Assembly: GCA_026387355.1 (NCBI GenBank)
Contig: JAPLLW010000007.1
Span: 106,198 to 170,197, forward strand
Length of the DNA: 64,000 nucleotides
From: Candidatus Omnitrophota bacterium
GTDB lineage: Bacteria > Omnitrophota > Gorgyraeia > Gygaellales > Profunditerraquicolaceae
Direction: 5' to 3'
A program made the position numbers and the translations under genes. Positions 9,472-19,418 of this stretch are shown in pieces (within the stretch, counting starts at the first letter, position 1; the number at the start of each line of letters is the position of its first letter). The notes below the pieces were generated by a model. That model ran no database searches, was not told where the DNA came from, and saw only the letters and a program-made list of their open reading frames with translations.

Positions 9472-10897
9472 CCCCTAGCCTCGTTTTTAATAATTCTTGC
9501 ACTATCTTAGGATTAGTCTTTCCGCCGCTTTTGCGCATAACTTGACCAACCAAAAACATTAGCGCATTGGATTTTCCAGCTTTGTAGTCTAAAACCGATT
9601 TAGCATTTTCTTTTATGACCTCTTCCATAATATTTTTAATTGCACCTGAATCTGATACTTGAATCAGATTCTTTTCCCTAATGATTTCTTCTGGTGATTT
9701 TGCGCTATCAAGAACCTCGGTTAAAACAGCCTTAGCGGATAAATGCGAGATTTCTTCTCGTTCAACAAAGGTAACTAATGAAAGTAAGTTTTCTATAGAG
9801 ATACCTAAATCTGCCAGAGCCTTTGCGCGATTATTTGCCTCAGATAATAACGGTCCAATAAACCAGTTAACGATTGCCTTCTTATCTTTGTTGGGGTAAG
9901 CTTTTATGCACTCTTCCGCAAAAAAAGCATCCCTCTTAGAAGCTACCAAAACTTTTGAGTCGTATTCAGAGATACCATAATCGCTAATAAAACGCTGCAT
10001 CTTTTCTTTCGGCAACTCAGGTATACTAGCTTTTATTTCGCTGATCTTGTCTACTTTAATAATAAACGGCGGAAGGTCTGGCTCAGGGAAATAGCGGTAA
10101 TCCTTAGCGCCTTCTTTGGTACGCATAGTAAACGTTTTTGAAGCCTTAGGGTCCCAGAGCCTGGTTTCTTGAGTTAGGGCTTCATTTAAATCTAATAAGG
10201 CGCTTTGACGTTGGATCTCGTAATTTAGTGCATCCTTAACTCCCTTAAAGGAGTTCATATTCTTTAATTCGGTTTTAACCCCTAAGTTCTTACTCCCTAT
10301 TGGTCTTAGTGATATATTGGCATCGCAACGAAGCGTTCCTTTTTCCATATCGCAATCTGAAACATCAAGGTATTCAAGTATGTTTTTCAACGTCGATAGA
10401 TAGTCGTGGCTTTCTTGCGCAGAACTGATATCCGGTTCGCTTACAATCTCTAATAAAGGTATTCCTGTGCGGTTAAAATCTATAAGACTTAAATCATCCT
10501 GGTGAATAAGTTTTCCCGCATCTTCTTCTATATGCACGCGAGTAATCCCAATGCGTTTTTCTATGCCTTCAGAAACTATATCAATAAATCCATTGCTGGA
10601 TAATGGCAAATCAAACTGAGATATTTGATAATTTTTAGGCAAATCAGGATAAAAATAATTCTTGCGGTCAAATTTAGTATATTCTTGAACTTTGCAGTTT
10701 AAGGCCAGGGCTACTTTTATAGCGTAGTCGAGAACAGTTTTATTAAATACCGGTAAAGACCCCGGAAAACCTAAGCAAACAGGGCAGACCTGTGTGTTAG
10801 GCTCTTTTCCAAATTCTGTTGAACAGGCGCAAAAAGCTTTAGTTTTGGTCTTTAGTTGTAGATGAACCTCTAATCCTATAACAACTTCGTAACTCAT
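9464..10897 (-). CDS. gatB: Asp-tRNA(Asn)/Glu-tRNA(Gln) amidotransferase subunit B
   Basis: [24 protein letters not shown]-terminus. gatCAB gene order. Confidence 0.9.
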   Translation of the reverse strand: MSYEVVIGLEVHLQLKTKTKAFCACSTEFGKEPNTQVCPVCLGFPGSLPVFNKTVLDYAIKVALALNCKVQEYTKFDRKNYFYPDLPKNYQISQFDLPLSSNGFIDIVSEGIEKRIGITRVHIEEDAGKLIHQDDLSLIDFNRTGIPLLEIVSEPDISSAQESHDYLSTLKNILEYLDVSDCDMEKGTLRCDANISLRPIGSKNLGVKTELKNMNSFKGVKDALNYEIQRQSALLDLNEALTQETRLWDPKASKTFTMRTKEGAKDYRYFPEPDLPPFIIKVDKISEIKASIPELPKEKMQRFISDYGISEYDSKVLVASKRDAFFAEECIKAYPNKDKKAIVNWFIGPLLSEANNRAKALADLGISIENLLSLVTFVEREEISHLSAKAVLTEVLDSAKSPEEIIREKNLIQVSDSGAIKNIMEEVIKENAKSVLDYKAGKSNALMFLVGQVMRKSGGKTNPKIVQELLKTRLGDA

Positions 10898-12306
10898 AGT
10901 TTTGGTTTCATTTTATGCCACTCTGTATTTTGTTCATAAGTATAGGCGACACGAAAAAGCATCTCTTCATCAAGGTGTTTACCTAAGACTTGCAACCCAA
11001 CAGGTAAGCCTTTTTTGGTAAAACCGCAAGGGAGGGATATTGCCGGTATCCCCGCTAAATTAGCTGAAATAGTATAGATATCAGAGAGGTACATTTTAAG
11101 CGGGTCATCTGTTTTTTCTCCGATTTCAAAGGCTGCAGTCGGAGATGTAGGAGTAATGATACAATCAAAATCTTTAAATACATTATCAAAATCCTGCTTT
11201 ATCAGTGTGCGTACCTTTAATGCCTTAAGATAATAGGCATCATAGTAACCATGGGATAAGGCAAAGGTTCCTAAAAGAATCCTGCGTTTTACCTCTTCAC
11301 CGAAGCCTTGCGCGCGAGTCTTTTTATACATTTCAATTAAATTAGAGGAATCAGCCCTAAATCCGTATTGTACACCGTCAAATCTGGCTAAATTTGAACT
11401 GGCTTCGGCAGTAGCAATAATATAATAGACAGGGACCGCGTATTCAGTGTGCGGTAGCGATACTTCTTTAAATTGGGCGCCTAGATTTTTGAGTTTTTCT
11501 ATAGACTCTTCTGCAACTTTTTTAACTTCTGGGTCAAGCCCCTCCACAAAATATTCTTTCGGAATGCCAATCTTAAGTGAATGCACGTCGTTAATTAAAG
11601 ACTTAGTAAAATCAGGAATTGCGCAATTTATCGAGGTTGAATCATTTGCGTCATGTCCTGAGATTATGTTTGTAAGTAAGGCTGCATCACGGACATCCTT
11701 TGTTAATGGGCCGATTTGGTCAAGGCTTGAGGCAAAGGCAATTAAACCAAAGCGCGAAACCCGGCCATATGTAGGCTTAAGCCCGACTATTCCGCAAAAA
11801 CTTGCTGGTTGCCTGATTGAGCCGCCTGTATCTGAGCCCAGAGCCCAAATTGCTTCGTCAGCTGCTACGGAAGCCGCGCTTCCTCCGGAAGAGCCTCCCG
11901 GTACGCAATTTAGATTCCAGGGGTTATGCGTGGGACCAAAATGTGAGTTTTCAGTAGATGAGCCAAAGGCGAACTCATCCATATTAAGTTTTAATCCAAG
12001 AAAAGAATGTCCCGCGGCTTTTATTTTTTCAATTACCGTTGCATTATACGGTGGTTTAAAACCTTCGAGTACCTTAGAGCAGCATTCAGTATTGTAGCCA
12101 TCAGTACAAATATTATCTTTAATAGACACTGGGATTCCAGCGATATGCGTTGGGTCAATAAGCTCATCAGATCTGACATAAGCCTTTACTTGCGCATCTT
12201 TCTCTTTTATGCGCTTATGCAAAGATGCAACGATGTCTTGAGGAGTGGTTTCTTTATTATTAATCTTCTGGATAAGCTCGTGAGCAGTTAGGTTATTTAA
12301 TTCCAT
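10894..12306 (-). CDS. gatA: Glu-tRNA(Gln) amidotransferase subunit A (amidase)
   Basis: Amidase signature [13 protein letters not shown]. gatCAB order. Confidence 0.9.
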   Translation of the reverse strand: MELNNLTAHELIQKINNKETTPQDIVASLHKRIKEKDAQVKAYVRSDELIDPTHIAGIPVSIKDNICTDGYNTECCSKVLEGFKPPYNATVIEKIKAAGHSFLGLKLNMDEFAFGSSTENSHFGPTHNPWNLNCVPGGSSGGSAASVAADEAIWALGSDTGGSIRQPASFCGIVGLKPTYGRVSRFGLIAFASSLDQIGPLTKDVRDAALLTNIISGHDANDSTSINCAIPDFTKSLINDVHSLKIGIPKEYFVEGLDPEVKKVAEESIEKLKNLGAQFKEVSLPHTEYAVPVYYIIATAEASSNLARFDGVQYGFRADSSNLIEMYKKTRAQGFGEEVKRRILLGTFALSHGYYDAYYLKALKVRTLIKQDFDNVFKDFDCIITPTSPTAAFEIGEKTDDPLKMYLSDIYTISANLAGIPAISLPCGFTKKGLPVGLQVLGKHLDEEMLFRVAYTYEQNTEWHKMKPKL

Positions 12307-12309
12307 GGA

Positions 12310-12597
12310 TTACTCGATTATTTTGGGTACTACAAAGAAATTATTCTTTTTGCTGGGAGCATTCAATAATGCCTTCTCAACCGGAATAGACACCTTTGGA
12401 GTATCTTCCCTTAATACATTATTAATAGGTAGAATATGGCTGGTTGGGTGGGTCTTTTCAATATCTAGAGAGCTTAATTTATCAATGAATCCTAGGATAT
12501 GCTCCAGCTGTTTGGATAATCTTGATAACTCAAGCTCCCCTAATTCAATGCGCGCCAAATGCGCTACATGTTCAACAATTTGCTTGTCTATGCTCAT
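12310..12597 (-). CDS. gatC: Glu-tRNA(Gln) amidotransferase subunit C
   Basis: 95 aa, MSIDKQIVEHVAHLARIEL, immediately upstream of gatA. Confidence 0.85.
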   Translation of the reverse strand: MSIDKQIVEHVAHLARIELGELELSRLSKQLEHILGFIDKLSSLDIEKTHPTSHILPINNVLREDTPKVSIPVEKALLNAPSKKNNFFVVPKIIE

Positions 12598-12681
12598 AAC
12601 TCCCTCGTATTTTAAGTGTTTATGATAACATTCTTTGCACTAAAAGTCAAACATAATGAAGCGGGGTGTTCCTAATTTTTG

Positions 12682-12709
12682 TGGACAAAAGCTTTTAATA
12701 AGGTATAAT
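12682..12709 (+). promoter_or_regulatory. Sigma-70-like promoter TGGACA-N16-TATAAT, only 8 nt upstream of the ATG (near-leaderless transcript)
   Basis: Read directly: tggaca at 12682-12687, tataat at 12704-12709, ATG at 12718. Confidence 0.4.
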
Positions 12710-12717
12710 ATTTTACT

Positions 12718-15700
12718 ATGAATGTAACCAACAAGAAACCAAAATACTATTTAAATGCGCAAGGCGAGTTTGTTATAGAGAATTATAACTACTCCAAACC
12801 ATTCTCAAATTTTTTCCCGGGGATAGCCGGTAAATACGGCATCCCTATGTGGACTTTTTATGTTAATCGTGCTCAAGGAATTTCAAGTTTTGGGATTAAG
12901 AACAAAGATCACGCAATACTGGAGTTTTTTCCGGCAAATAAGGCTTGGGAATTTGTTTCAACTCACGGTTTTCGCACCTTTCTTAAGGTTACTTCAAACA
13001 AAAGAACTATATTTTATGAACCTTTTCATAATGGGTTCTCGAATCTGGAATTTAACCTCTCTAACAAAATGCTTATTTCTCCTTGGGGCCTATCTTTGGA
13101 GGAGCTTAACTTATCTTTAGGGTTAAAAGTAAGAGTCGAATATTTTAATATACCTAATGATAACTTTGGTGCCTTGGCACGAAATCTAACTATTGAAAAT
13201 ACCGCAAAATCAACTAAAACAATCGAGCTTATCGACGGTTTCCCGCAAATAGTTCCGTATGGTACAAACAATTTCTGCCTTAAAGAGATGTCTCGTACCA
13301 TTGAAGCATGGATGAACACCGAGAATTTAGAGAATAATGCGCCTTTTTATCGTCTTACAGTTGATCCAACTGACAGGCCAGAAGTAGTCCATATCGATGA
13401 AGGTAATTTTTACCTGGGATTTACTCGTGATGATGACAGGGTAAAGCTGGCAAAACCAATCGCAAACCCCGAGTATGTATTCGGGCCGGTTACAGATTTT
13501 TCATGTCCGAGTAATTTTCTAAAGAAAAATAAATTTGTTTTTCCTGCGAACGGGACTGCTAGAAGCAAAACTCCCTGCGCATTCAGTTATCTTAATTTTA
13601 AGCTGAAGAGTTCAAAACATAAAACACTTTACTCGTTAAGCGGTTATATGCGTAGCCTTAAGGCCTTGAATAAAGCTATTCCTAGAATTACAGCTATTGG
13701 TTATTTTGAGAAAAAACAAGCCGAAAATAGGCAAGTTATAGAAGAATTAACTGCTAATGCCACTACTCATTCCAGTTCTAGAGAGTTTGATCTTTACTCT
13801 AAGCAAACATATCTGGATAATCTTTTGCGCGGAGGCTTTCCTTTAACCTTTGACTCCGGGACAACCTTTTACCTCTATTCGCGCAAACACGGTGATCCAG
13901 AGCGCGATTATAACAAATTTCAGCTTAGCCCTACTTATCTTTCCCAAGGAAACGGTAACTATCGAGATCTGAACCAAAATCGCAGGTCCGATATATGGTT
14001 CAATCCTGAGATAAAGGATGAAAATGTACTCAGCCTATTTAATCTTATCCAATTGGATGGTTTTAATCCCCTCGTAGTAAAAGGAATGAGTTTCGTACTT
14101 AAAGATACATCTTTAATTAAAGATAGTTTTAAAGATGTTTTATCGGAAAAGGATTTAGAAAAAATTATTGCTTATACAAGAAAATCTTTTTGTCCAGGGG
14201 ACCTTATACTCTTTTTGGAAGATAGTAATGTTAAGCTTAAATGCACTTATGATGAATTTTTAAATACCTTGCTTTCTGCTTCAACAAAGTTTAATGAAGC
14301 CGAGCATGGCGAAGGATTTTGGACCGATCACTGGCATTATAACCTCGACCTTCTAAATAGTTATCTTAGCGTATACCCTGATAAACTAAATGAAGTCGTT
14401 TTTGAAAAAAACACTTTTACATTTTTTGATAATATCGAAGTAGTTAAACCAAGAGCTGAGAAATACCTACTCTATAACGGAATCCCCCGGCAATTGCACG
14501 CAGTCACCTTAGATTCAAAGAAGAAGGAGTTATTGCATAAGAGGCATGAATCAAGCCATATTGTTCGAACAGAATATGGAGTAGGTAAAGTTTACGAAAC
14601 AACTCTTATCAATAAATTGCTCTGTCTTCTTGCTAATAAATTTGCTTCACTTGATGCGTTTGGGGTTGGTATTGAGATGGAGTCTGATAAGCCGAATTGG
14701 TTTGATTCTTTAAATGGTTTACCCGCTCTCTTTGGCTCTTCTCTCTGTGAAACCTTTGAATTAAAACGTCTGGCTCTTTTTATAAAAGATGCGCTACAAA
14801 AAACTGGCAAGAGCAGTGTACTTGTTACTGAAGAGGTACAAGCTTTATTAAGTTGCTTAGACCAACTTACCCTTGAATATTTCGATGGCGCTATTAATGA
14901 CTACGCCTGGTGGGATAAAACGCATTCGGCTAAAGAAGATTATCGATTAAAGGTACGCCTTGGGGTAAGCGGAGATGAATTAGAAGTTGCTTCTTCTGAA
15001 ATTATAAAAATTATTGATGCAATTCTTAAAAAGATTAATCCCAGTATTCTTAAGGCCTGTAATGAAAAAGATAATCTCTATTGCGGTTATTTTATAAACA
15101 AGGTTATTGATTATCAAAAAGCCGGAGAACATTTTATAAAACCTACTAAATTTGAACAAGTAAAGCTCCCCTTGTTTCTGGAGCCTCAGGTGCATGCCCT
15201 GCGCTTAATGGAAACCCAAGATTCGGCTAAGCTTTTATACCAGGGGATAAAAAAGAGCCGACTTTTTGATAAGAAACTTATGATGTACAAGGTGACCGAG
15301 GCGTTAGAGACAATGCCTGAAGAGATTGGCAGGTGCCGCATATTCTCACCCGGATGGCTAGAGAATGAATCCGTGTGGCTGCATATGGAATATAAGTATC
15401 TTCTTGAGCTTCTAAAAGCCGGGCTCTATGAAGAATTCTACACAGATTTTAAGTTGGTTCTGGTGCCTTTTCTTAATCCACAAAGATACGGTCGCAGCAT
15501 TCTAGAAAATACCTCTTTTATTGTAAGCAGTGCTTTTAGCAATTCCAAACTACATGGTAATGGTTTTGTAGCCAGACTCTCTGGTTCAACTGCGGAATTC
15601 CTAGAAATTTGGCTAACTATGAACGTAGGAACCAAGCCATTCTCTTTAGATAGAAATGGCAATTTAAATCTTAAATTTAGCCCGAAATTAGCGGGTTGGT

Positions 15701-15930
15701 TATTTGATAAGAAAGGTAACTATGGCTTTAATTTCTTAAGCAAGATTAAGATAACCTATCATAACCCTAAAAGAAAAAATACCTTTGGCAGCAATGCCGC
15801 GCAAATTGAAAAAATAATTTTTCAGAATGAAGAAAACCTAGTAGAGATTACCGCTGAAATTATTCCTGCACCATACGCTCAAAAAATAAGATCTCGCCAG
15901 ATAAACAAAATAGATATTTACCTAAAATAG
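12718..15930 (+). CDS. Large (1070 aa) GH94-like, six-hairpin glycoside hydrolase/phosphorylase-like protein; family uncertain
   Basis: N-terminal region (YYLNAQGEFVIENYNYSKPFSNFFPGIAGKYGIPMWTFYVNRAQGISSF) resembles the N-terminal beta-sandwich of GH94 cellobiose-phosphorylase-like enzymes. Family assignment is not secure. Confidence 0.35.
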   Translation: MNVTNKKPKYYLNAQGEFVIENYNYSKPFSNFFPGIAGKYGIPMWTFYVNRAQGISSFGIKNKDHAILEFFPANKAWEFVSTHGFRTFLKVTSNKRTIFYEPFHNGFSNLEFNLSNKMLISPWGLSLEELNLSLGLKVRVEYFNIPNDNFGALARNLTIENTAKSTKTIELIDGFPQIVPYGTNNFCLKEMSRTIEAWMNTENLENNAPFYRLTVDPTDRPEVVHIDEGNFYLGFTRDDDRVKLAKPIANPEYVFGPVTDFSCPSNFLKKNKFVFPANGTARSKTPCAFSYLNFKLKSSKHKTLYSLSGYMRSLKALNKAIPRITAIGYFEKKQAENRQVIEELTANATTHSSSREFDLYSKQTYLDNLLRGGFPLTFDSGTTFYLYSRKHGDPERDYNKFQLSPTYLSQGNGNYRDLNQNRRSDIWFNPEIKDENVLSLFNLIQLDGFNPLVVKGMSFVLKDTSLIKDSFKDVLSEKDLEKIIAYTRKSFCPGDLILFLEDSNVKLKCTYDEFLNTLLSASTKFNEAEHGEGFWTDHWHYNLDLLNSYLSVYPDKLNEVVFEKNTFTFFDNIEVVKPRAEKYLLYNGIPRQLHAVTLDSKKKELLHKRHESSHIVRTEYGVGKVYETTLINKLLCLLANKFASLDAFGVGIEMESDKPNWFDSLNGLPALFGSSLCETFELKRLALFIKDALQKTGKSSVLVTEEVQALLSCLDQLTLEYFDGAINDYAWWDKTHSAKEDYRLKVRLGVSGDELEVASSEIIKIIDAILKKINPSILKACNEKDNLYCGYFINKVIDYQKAGEHFIKPTKFEQVKLPLFLEPQVHALRLMETQDSAKLLYQGIKKSRLFDKKLMMYKVTEALETMPEEIGRCRIFSPGWLENESVWLHMEYKYLLELLKAGLYEEFYTDFKLVLVPFLNPQRYGRSILENTSFIVSSAFSNSKLHGNGFVARLSGSTAEFLEIWLTMNVGTKPFSLDRNGNLNLKFSPKLAGWLFDKKGNYGFNFLSKIKITYHNPKRKNTFGSNAAQIEKIIFQNEENLVEITAEIIPAPYAQKIRSRQINKIDIYLK

Positions 15931-15986
15931 GCACTACTTAAGCCTCTCCTATCTACTAACTACTAGCTACTGTTTTATTGTTGTTT

Positions 15987-18248
15987 TTAGAATCTGCGGC
16001 GGTAATAAGCGCGGACGATATGCTGCGTGTCAATTGTAAGGTTGCTTCCACCGTACGGATCCAGCGTCATATTTCCTATCTGACTGGAATTGCCTTCTCC
16101 ATACTGTAGGATAAGCTCGTCATCTTTACTGGGGAAGTACCTGAATTCACCGAAAAAATTGTTGTGTCCTGTTATATTCGTATAGCCTAGTGCCAAGCGA
16201 TTAGGATCTCTCCAGCGCGAGTAGACGTATTTAAAAGCCATACCAAATTTCTTAAACGGCATATAAGTGATATCCATGCCAACGTGGTTCATCCCATCTG
16301 AAACCTGTCCTGAAGATTTAAAATCATTCTGCGCATAATCCAAATAGACATTCATGTTTCTAAATGGACTAAACTCGCACCCTGCTTTAAAGACATTGTA
16401 AAATGAATATGGCGGGAGCGGAAAATACTGTTGGTTGTATAGAGATGCAAGATTATCTACATACTGGTTATCATTTTGATAATAAAAATGATCCATGGTA
16501 GTGTCATTCCGATAAACGTTTCTAGGGAAGTCTCCGTAAGCTAGGGTATAATCATTGGTACGTTCGTAGATACCATTTATACTTAGCCAATCAAAAAATT
16601 CATAATTTAAACCTACGGAACCTGTCTTAAGCGAAGGATCTTGGCCACCTACTGTAATTGAAGGATTATCCCAGAATTGGCCGGTATTGCCATCAAAAAT
16701 TGTCGGGTCTACACCAACTGTTGTCTTTGGTAATCTTTGGTAAATGCCCAAACCTTTGGCAGTTAATTTGTCCGTTATCTTTACGGCAAGCTCATCGCGC
16801 ACGACTGTTTCGATAGGCTCTCCTTTAACACTATTAACATATCGTATGTCGAAAAGATTATTAAATACATCGGCCTTACCAGCTTCTATCCTAAAACCAA
16901 AAGCATTGCGGCCAATATCAATACCATCTCCTATCCTAGTTGCATCCAACTCATCCCATTTAGTAGTCGGGCCTTCAAGTCCTGAGTAGTAATATTCAAA
17001 TGGTTTACGAAAATGAATGTGCCTTCCCCAGAAAACATCCTGGCGGGTATTGTGATAGTTGGATAGAGCAGAATCAAATCCCGTATCCATGCGCGCTCCA
17101 TACAAGCGCGCTTTAAGTAAAAACGAACCATCCTTAGGAGGCTTTATATCATCATAAGAATATTTTAAATCCATAATGCTTTCGCGTGGATACCTTGTAA
17201 CTAGAGAGAAATAATAGGCATTACCTTGTGATTTACTTTTATAAGTTTCGTTTGTGGTGTTAGAGTATGATTGTGAGGTTAAGACTTCACCTTGAGCCTT
17301 AAGGCCGTCAAATATTTCATAACCTAAATCTAAGCCCCCTACGTAATTTTGGGCATCAAGCGTCATATCGGAATCACTTGTAAAGCCTAAGCGGGCTGTA
17401 AAAGTCGCACCTAAAGATAAATTATCTAAAATATTCTGTTTAAAACGCGTAGCAGAAACAATATTATCCACAGTAGCGTAATCTTGCCAAAGGTCCTTAG
17501 GAGTAGATAAAGTAGAGGCAAAATAAGTATCTTCTGAAGGCTGCAGATTAAAGGAAAAACCCCTTAAAGCAGTTAGATACTTTCCTGTACTATCTTTAGT
17601 TAAAAAAGAATAGGTATCATCCCATTTGCCTTTAGTGAAAGCTGCACCGTGACCTGGGGTTGAGGAATGAAAAACTCCGGGAGTATATCTACGCAACCAG
17701 TAACTATCTTCCCACCATATACGGTGATTAGTTATACCTAAGGGATCATCTGAAGTAAGTGCTTGATCTTGATAGGCTATCGGGAAGAATCTGAAATTAA
17801 CTGACTCCTTATTATAATCAAACCAGAGTTCTCGAACTGGCTGGAATTGCTGTGCTATCTTCTGGCCGGGTATGTAATAACCGTTTTCAGTCAACGCTTC
17901 AGTTTTATAATTATTCACTTCCATTTCAGGTATATTAATGGTAGCGGCTGTATTCTTAGAATAGACAGTATTGTTAACAATGTGCGCTGTATTAGACCAG
18001 TATCTAAGCTCTACATCAGCTGTATCACCAGTGCCGCTATTAGCAACCGTGATATTTGTACTATTACCGGTAAAGCTCCAGGGATCTACTGTGACATTAC
18101 CATGAAAATTAAATCCTTCTTTATTAGTGGTATCAAAATTTGCGGATAAGCTATCATAAATCCTCGGGTCATAGGTATTAATCTTCTTGTTATAGACCGC
18201 AGTAGAAGTCATGCGCCAGCTTTTAAACTTTTCATTCAAATACGCCAA
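15987..18248 (-). CDS. Putative outer-membrane beta-barrel protein, 753 aa from a TTG start; probably the C-terminal part of a longer frameshift-split gene
   Basis: Y/N/G/T/D/S-rich composition with alternating aromatics, ending RAYYRRRF with a C-terminal Phe. No signal peptide at the annotated TTG start. In-frame TAG immediately upstream. Confidence 0.45.
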   Translation of the reverse strand: MAYLNEKFKSWRMTSTAVYNKKINTYDPRIYDSLSANFDTTNKEGFNFHGNVTVDPWSFTGNSTNITVANSGTGDTADVELRYWSNTAHIVNNTVYSKNTAATINIPEMEVNNYKTEALTENGYYIPGQKIAQQFQPVRELWFDYNKESVNFRFFPIAYQDQALTSDDPLGITNHRIWWEDSYWLRRYTPGVFHSSTPGHGAAFTKGKWDDTYSFLTKDSTGKYLTALRGFSFNLQPSEDTYFASTLSTPKDLWQDYATVDNIVSATRFKQNILDNLSLGATFTARLGFTSDSDMTLDAQNYVGGLDLGYEIFDGLKAQGEVLTSQSYSNTTNETYKSKSQGNAYYFSLVTRYPRESIMDLKYSYDDIKPPKDGSFLLKARLYGARMDTGFDSALSNYHNTRQDVFWGRHIHFRKPFEYYYSGLEGPTTKWDELDATRIGDGIDIGRNAFGFRIEAGKADVFNNLFDIRYVNSVKGEPIETVVRDELAVKITDKLTAKGLGIYQRLPKTTVGVDPTIFDGNTGQFWDNPSITVGGQDPSLKTGSVGLNYEFFDWLSINGIYERTNDYTLAYGDFPRNVYRNDTTMDHFYYQNDNQYVDNLASLYNQQYFPLPPYSFYNVFKAGCEFSPFRNMNVYLDYAQNDFKSSGQVSDGMNHVGMDITYMPFKKFGMAFKYVYSRWRDPNRLALGYTNITGHNNFFGEFRYFPSKDDELILQYGEGNSSQIGNMTLDPYGGSNLTIDTQHIVRAYYRRRF

Positions 18249-18762
18249 AAGCTAATTGCAAATCTCCGGTAATCGCTATTGGGCCAATTTTATACTTTGC
18301 TTCTTTCGGCTTCTTGCTCAATTCTAATCGATCAAAGAAATCCGGAAAAGGTTCTTCCTTCTGGCCCAGCCTATTTAATTCCTGGTCTATTGCTTCTTCT
18401 TTGGTTAATTTCGTAGGGATAGATTTTTGTGCGGGTTGGCTAAAAGCTTCATCCTTAGGCATGGCTTCATCTATAAACATAGCTTCCTCTATAGGTTTAG
18501 CTTCATCTGCTGGCTTAGCTTCGCCCATTGATTCACTGAATATTTTATCTACGTATTTTTTTGCAGTCGGGTTGGAAGGATCTACGGTTAGTGCCTTATT
18601 AAACTCGGATAAAGCATCGTCGTATCTACCGCGATCATAGAAAGTAGTCCCTAGCTCACATAAATATTCAACGCCCATATTACCAGCGAAAGAAAACCTT
18701 GCGGATAGTGATAAAATCGGTAGGGTTAAAAGGAATGCCACGACCAGGAATTTCTTGCTCAT
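18232..18762 (-). CDS. Secreted TPR-repeat protein (signal peptide plus TPR); likely the N-terminal part of the frameshift-split barrel gene
   Basis: MSKKFLVVAFLLTLPILSLSA signal peptide. TPR-like YDRGRYDDALSEFNKALTVDPSNPTAKKY. The ORF ends 17 nt inside the next ORF in a +1 frame. Confidence 0.6.
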   Translation of the reverse strand: MSKKFLVVAFLLTLPILSLSARFSFAGNMGVEYLCELGTTFYDRGRYDDALSEFNKALTVDPSNPTAKKYVDKIFSESMGEAKPADEAKPIEEAMFIDEAMPKDEAFSQPAQKSIPTKLTKEEAIDQELNRLGQKEEPFPDFFDRLELSKKPKEAKYKIGPIAITGDLQLAFGVFE

Positions 18763-18772
18763 AATTCTCTAT

Positions 18773-18800
18773 ATTATATATGAGCTAATGCACTTGTCAA
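18773..18800 (-). promoter_or_regulatory. Consensus sigma-70 promoter TTGACA-N16-TATAAT, 10 nt upstream of the TPR gene ATG (near-leaderless)
   Basis: Minus-sense ttgaca (18800-18795) and tataat (18778-18773); ATG at 18762. Confidence 0.45.
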
Positions 18801-18865
18801 TTAAATTTTTAAAAAGAATATGGTTTGATTTTATGTTACAACTTGTTAGTAATGCTGGCGTTAGG

Positions 18866-19195
18866 TTACGCTACTTGTTGCGGATTAGCAATGAGGTCTA
18901 TTCTTAGGGAGTGTACAAATATAATTAGATAGAACCTATCCTTATGCACTGCGCAGACGCTCCCCTTTATTTTGCAGAAGAACCTTTCCTTTTGTTCTTT
19001 TGTGTTATGTTCCTTTAACACATAAAGATACGGCGCTGGCTTGTCTAGTTCTTTACTCTGCACTTCTCTGATCGAGCAGATAAAATGCCGACGGATAATA
19101 CTGCGCACGCCCTGTTTATCAATAATCTCGGAGCTTGCGATTATCCTTCTTTTGTGATCGTTCGAAGTCAGATTCTTAAACAATAAGTCGCGCAT
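18866..19195 (-). CDS. Hypothetical 109-aa protein, no family recognised
   Basis: AGGAG RBS about 10 nt upstream of ATG. Isolated between plsY and the TPR gene. Preceded by a structured leader of about 220 nt. Confidence 0.4.
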   Translation of the reverse strand: MRDLLFKNLTSNDHKRRIIASSEIIDKQGVRSIIRRHFICSIREVQSKELDKPAPYLYVLKEHNTKEQKERFFCKIKGSVCAVHKDRFYLIIFVHSLRIDLIANPQQVA

Positions 19196-19400
19196 TTTAC
19201 TACTCCTAATCTATGCCGGGCTATCTTATTAAAATTAAGTTCACTTTTGCTCTAGATAACCCGGCTACCCCTTTTTCTTACGTGGCTGGTGGGGGTATAA
19301 ATACTTTTATAAACTATTTAAGAACGAACTAAAAAAATAGTCTTTCTTATCAAGATAAGTATAGACTCCAGACTCTCTCCTTTCAAGGTTAAGAAGCCTA

Positions 19401-19418
19401 CAAAAGAAAGCGCTTTCT
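19401..19418 (-). terminator. Palindrome AGAAAGCGCTTTCT plus T-tract overlapping the plsY stop codon; weak intrinsic terminator candidate
   Basis: Perfect 14-nt palindrome at 19405-19418 followed, in minus sense, by TTTTG. The stem is AU-rich. Confidence 0.3.

Noticed and set aside
11447-12097. 216-aa plus-strand ORF inside gatA. This stands for all the shadow ORFs on the strand opposite to strong minus-strand genes, for example 663-845, 967-1314, 5664-6047, 6622-6930, 8909-9220, 19463-19996, 24459-24929, 33977-34267, 36002-36388, 43986-44399, 46880-47281, 48489-48836 and 63290-63697.
   Set aside because: Each is antisense to a well-supported conserved gene, lacks an RBS, and has a compositionally biased translation typical of antisense frames.
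18248-18262. TTG-initiated N-terminus of the 753-aa barrel ORF as a genuine start
   Set aside because: There is no signal peptide or RBS, and an in-frame TAG sits just upstream. A frameshift link to the preceding TPR ORF is more plausible.
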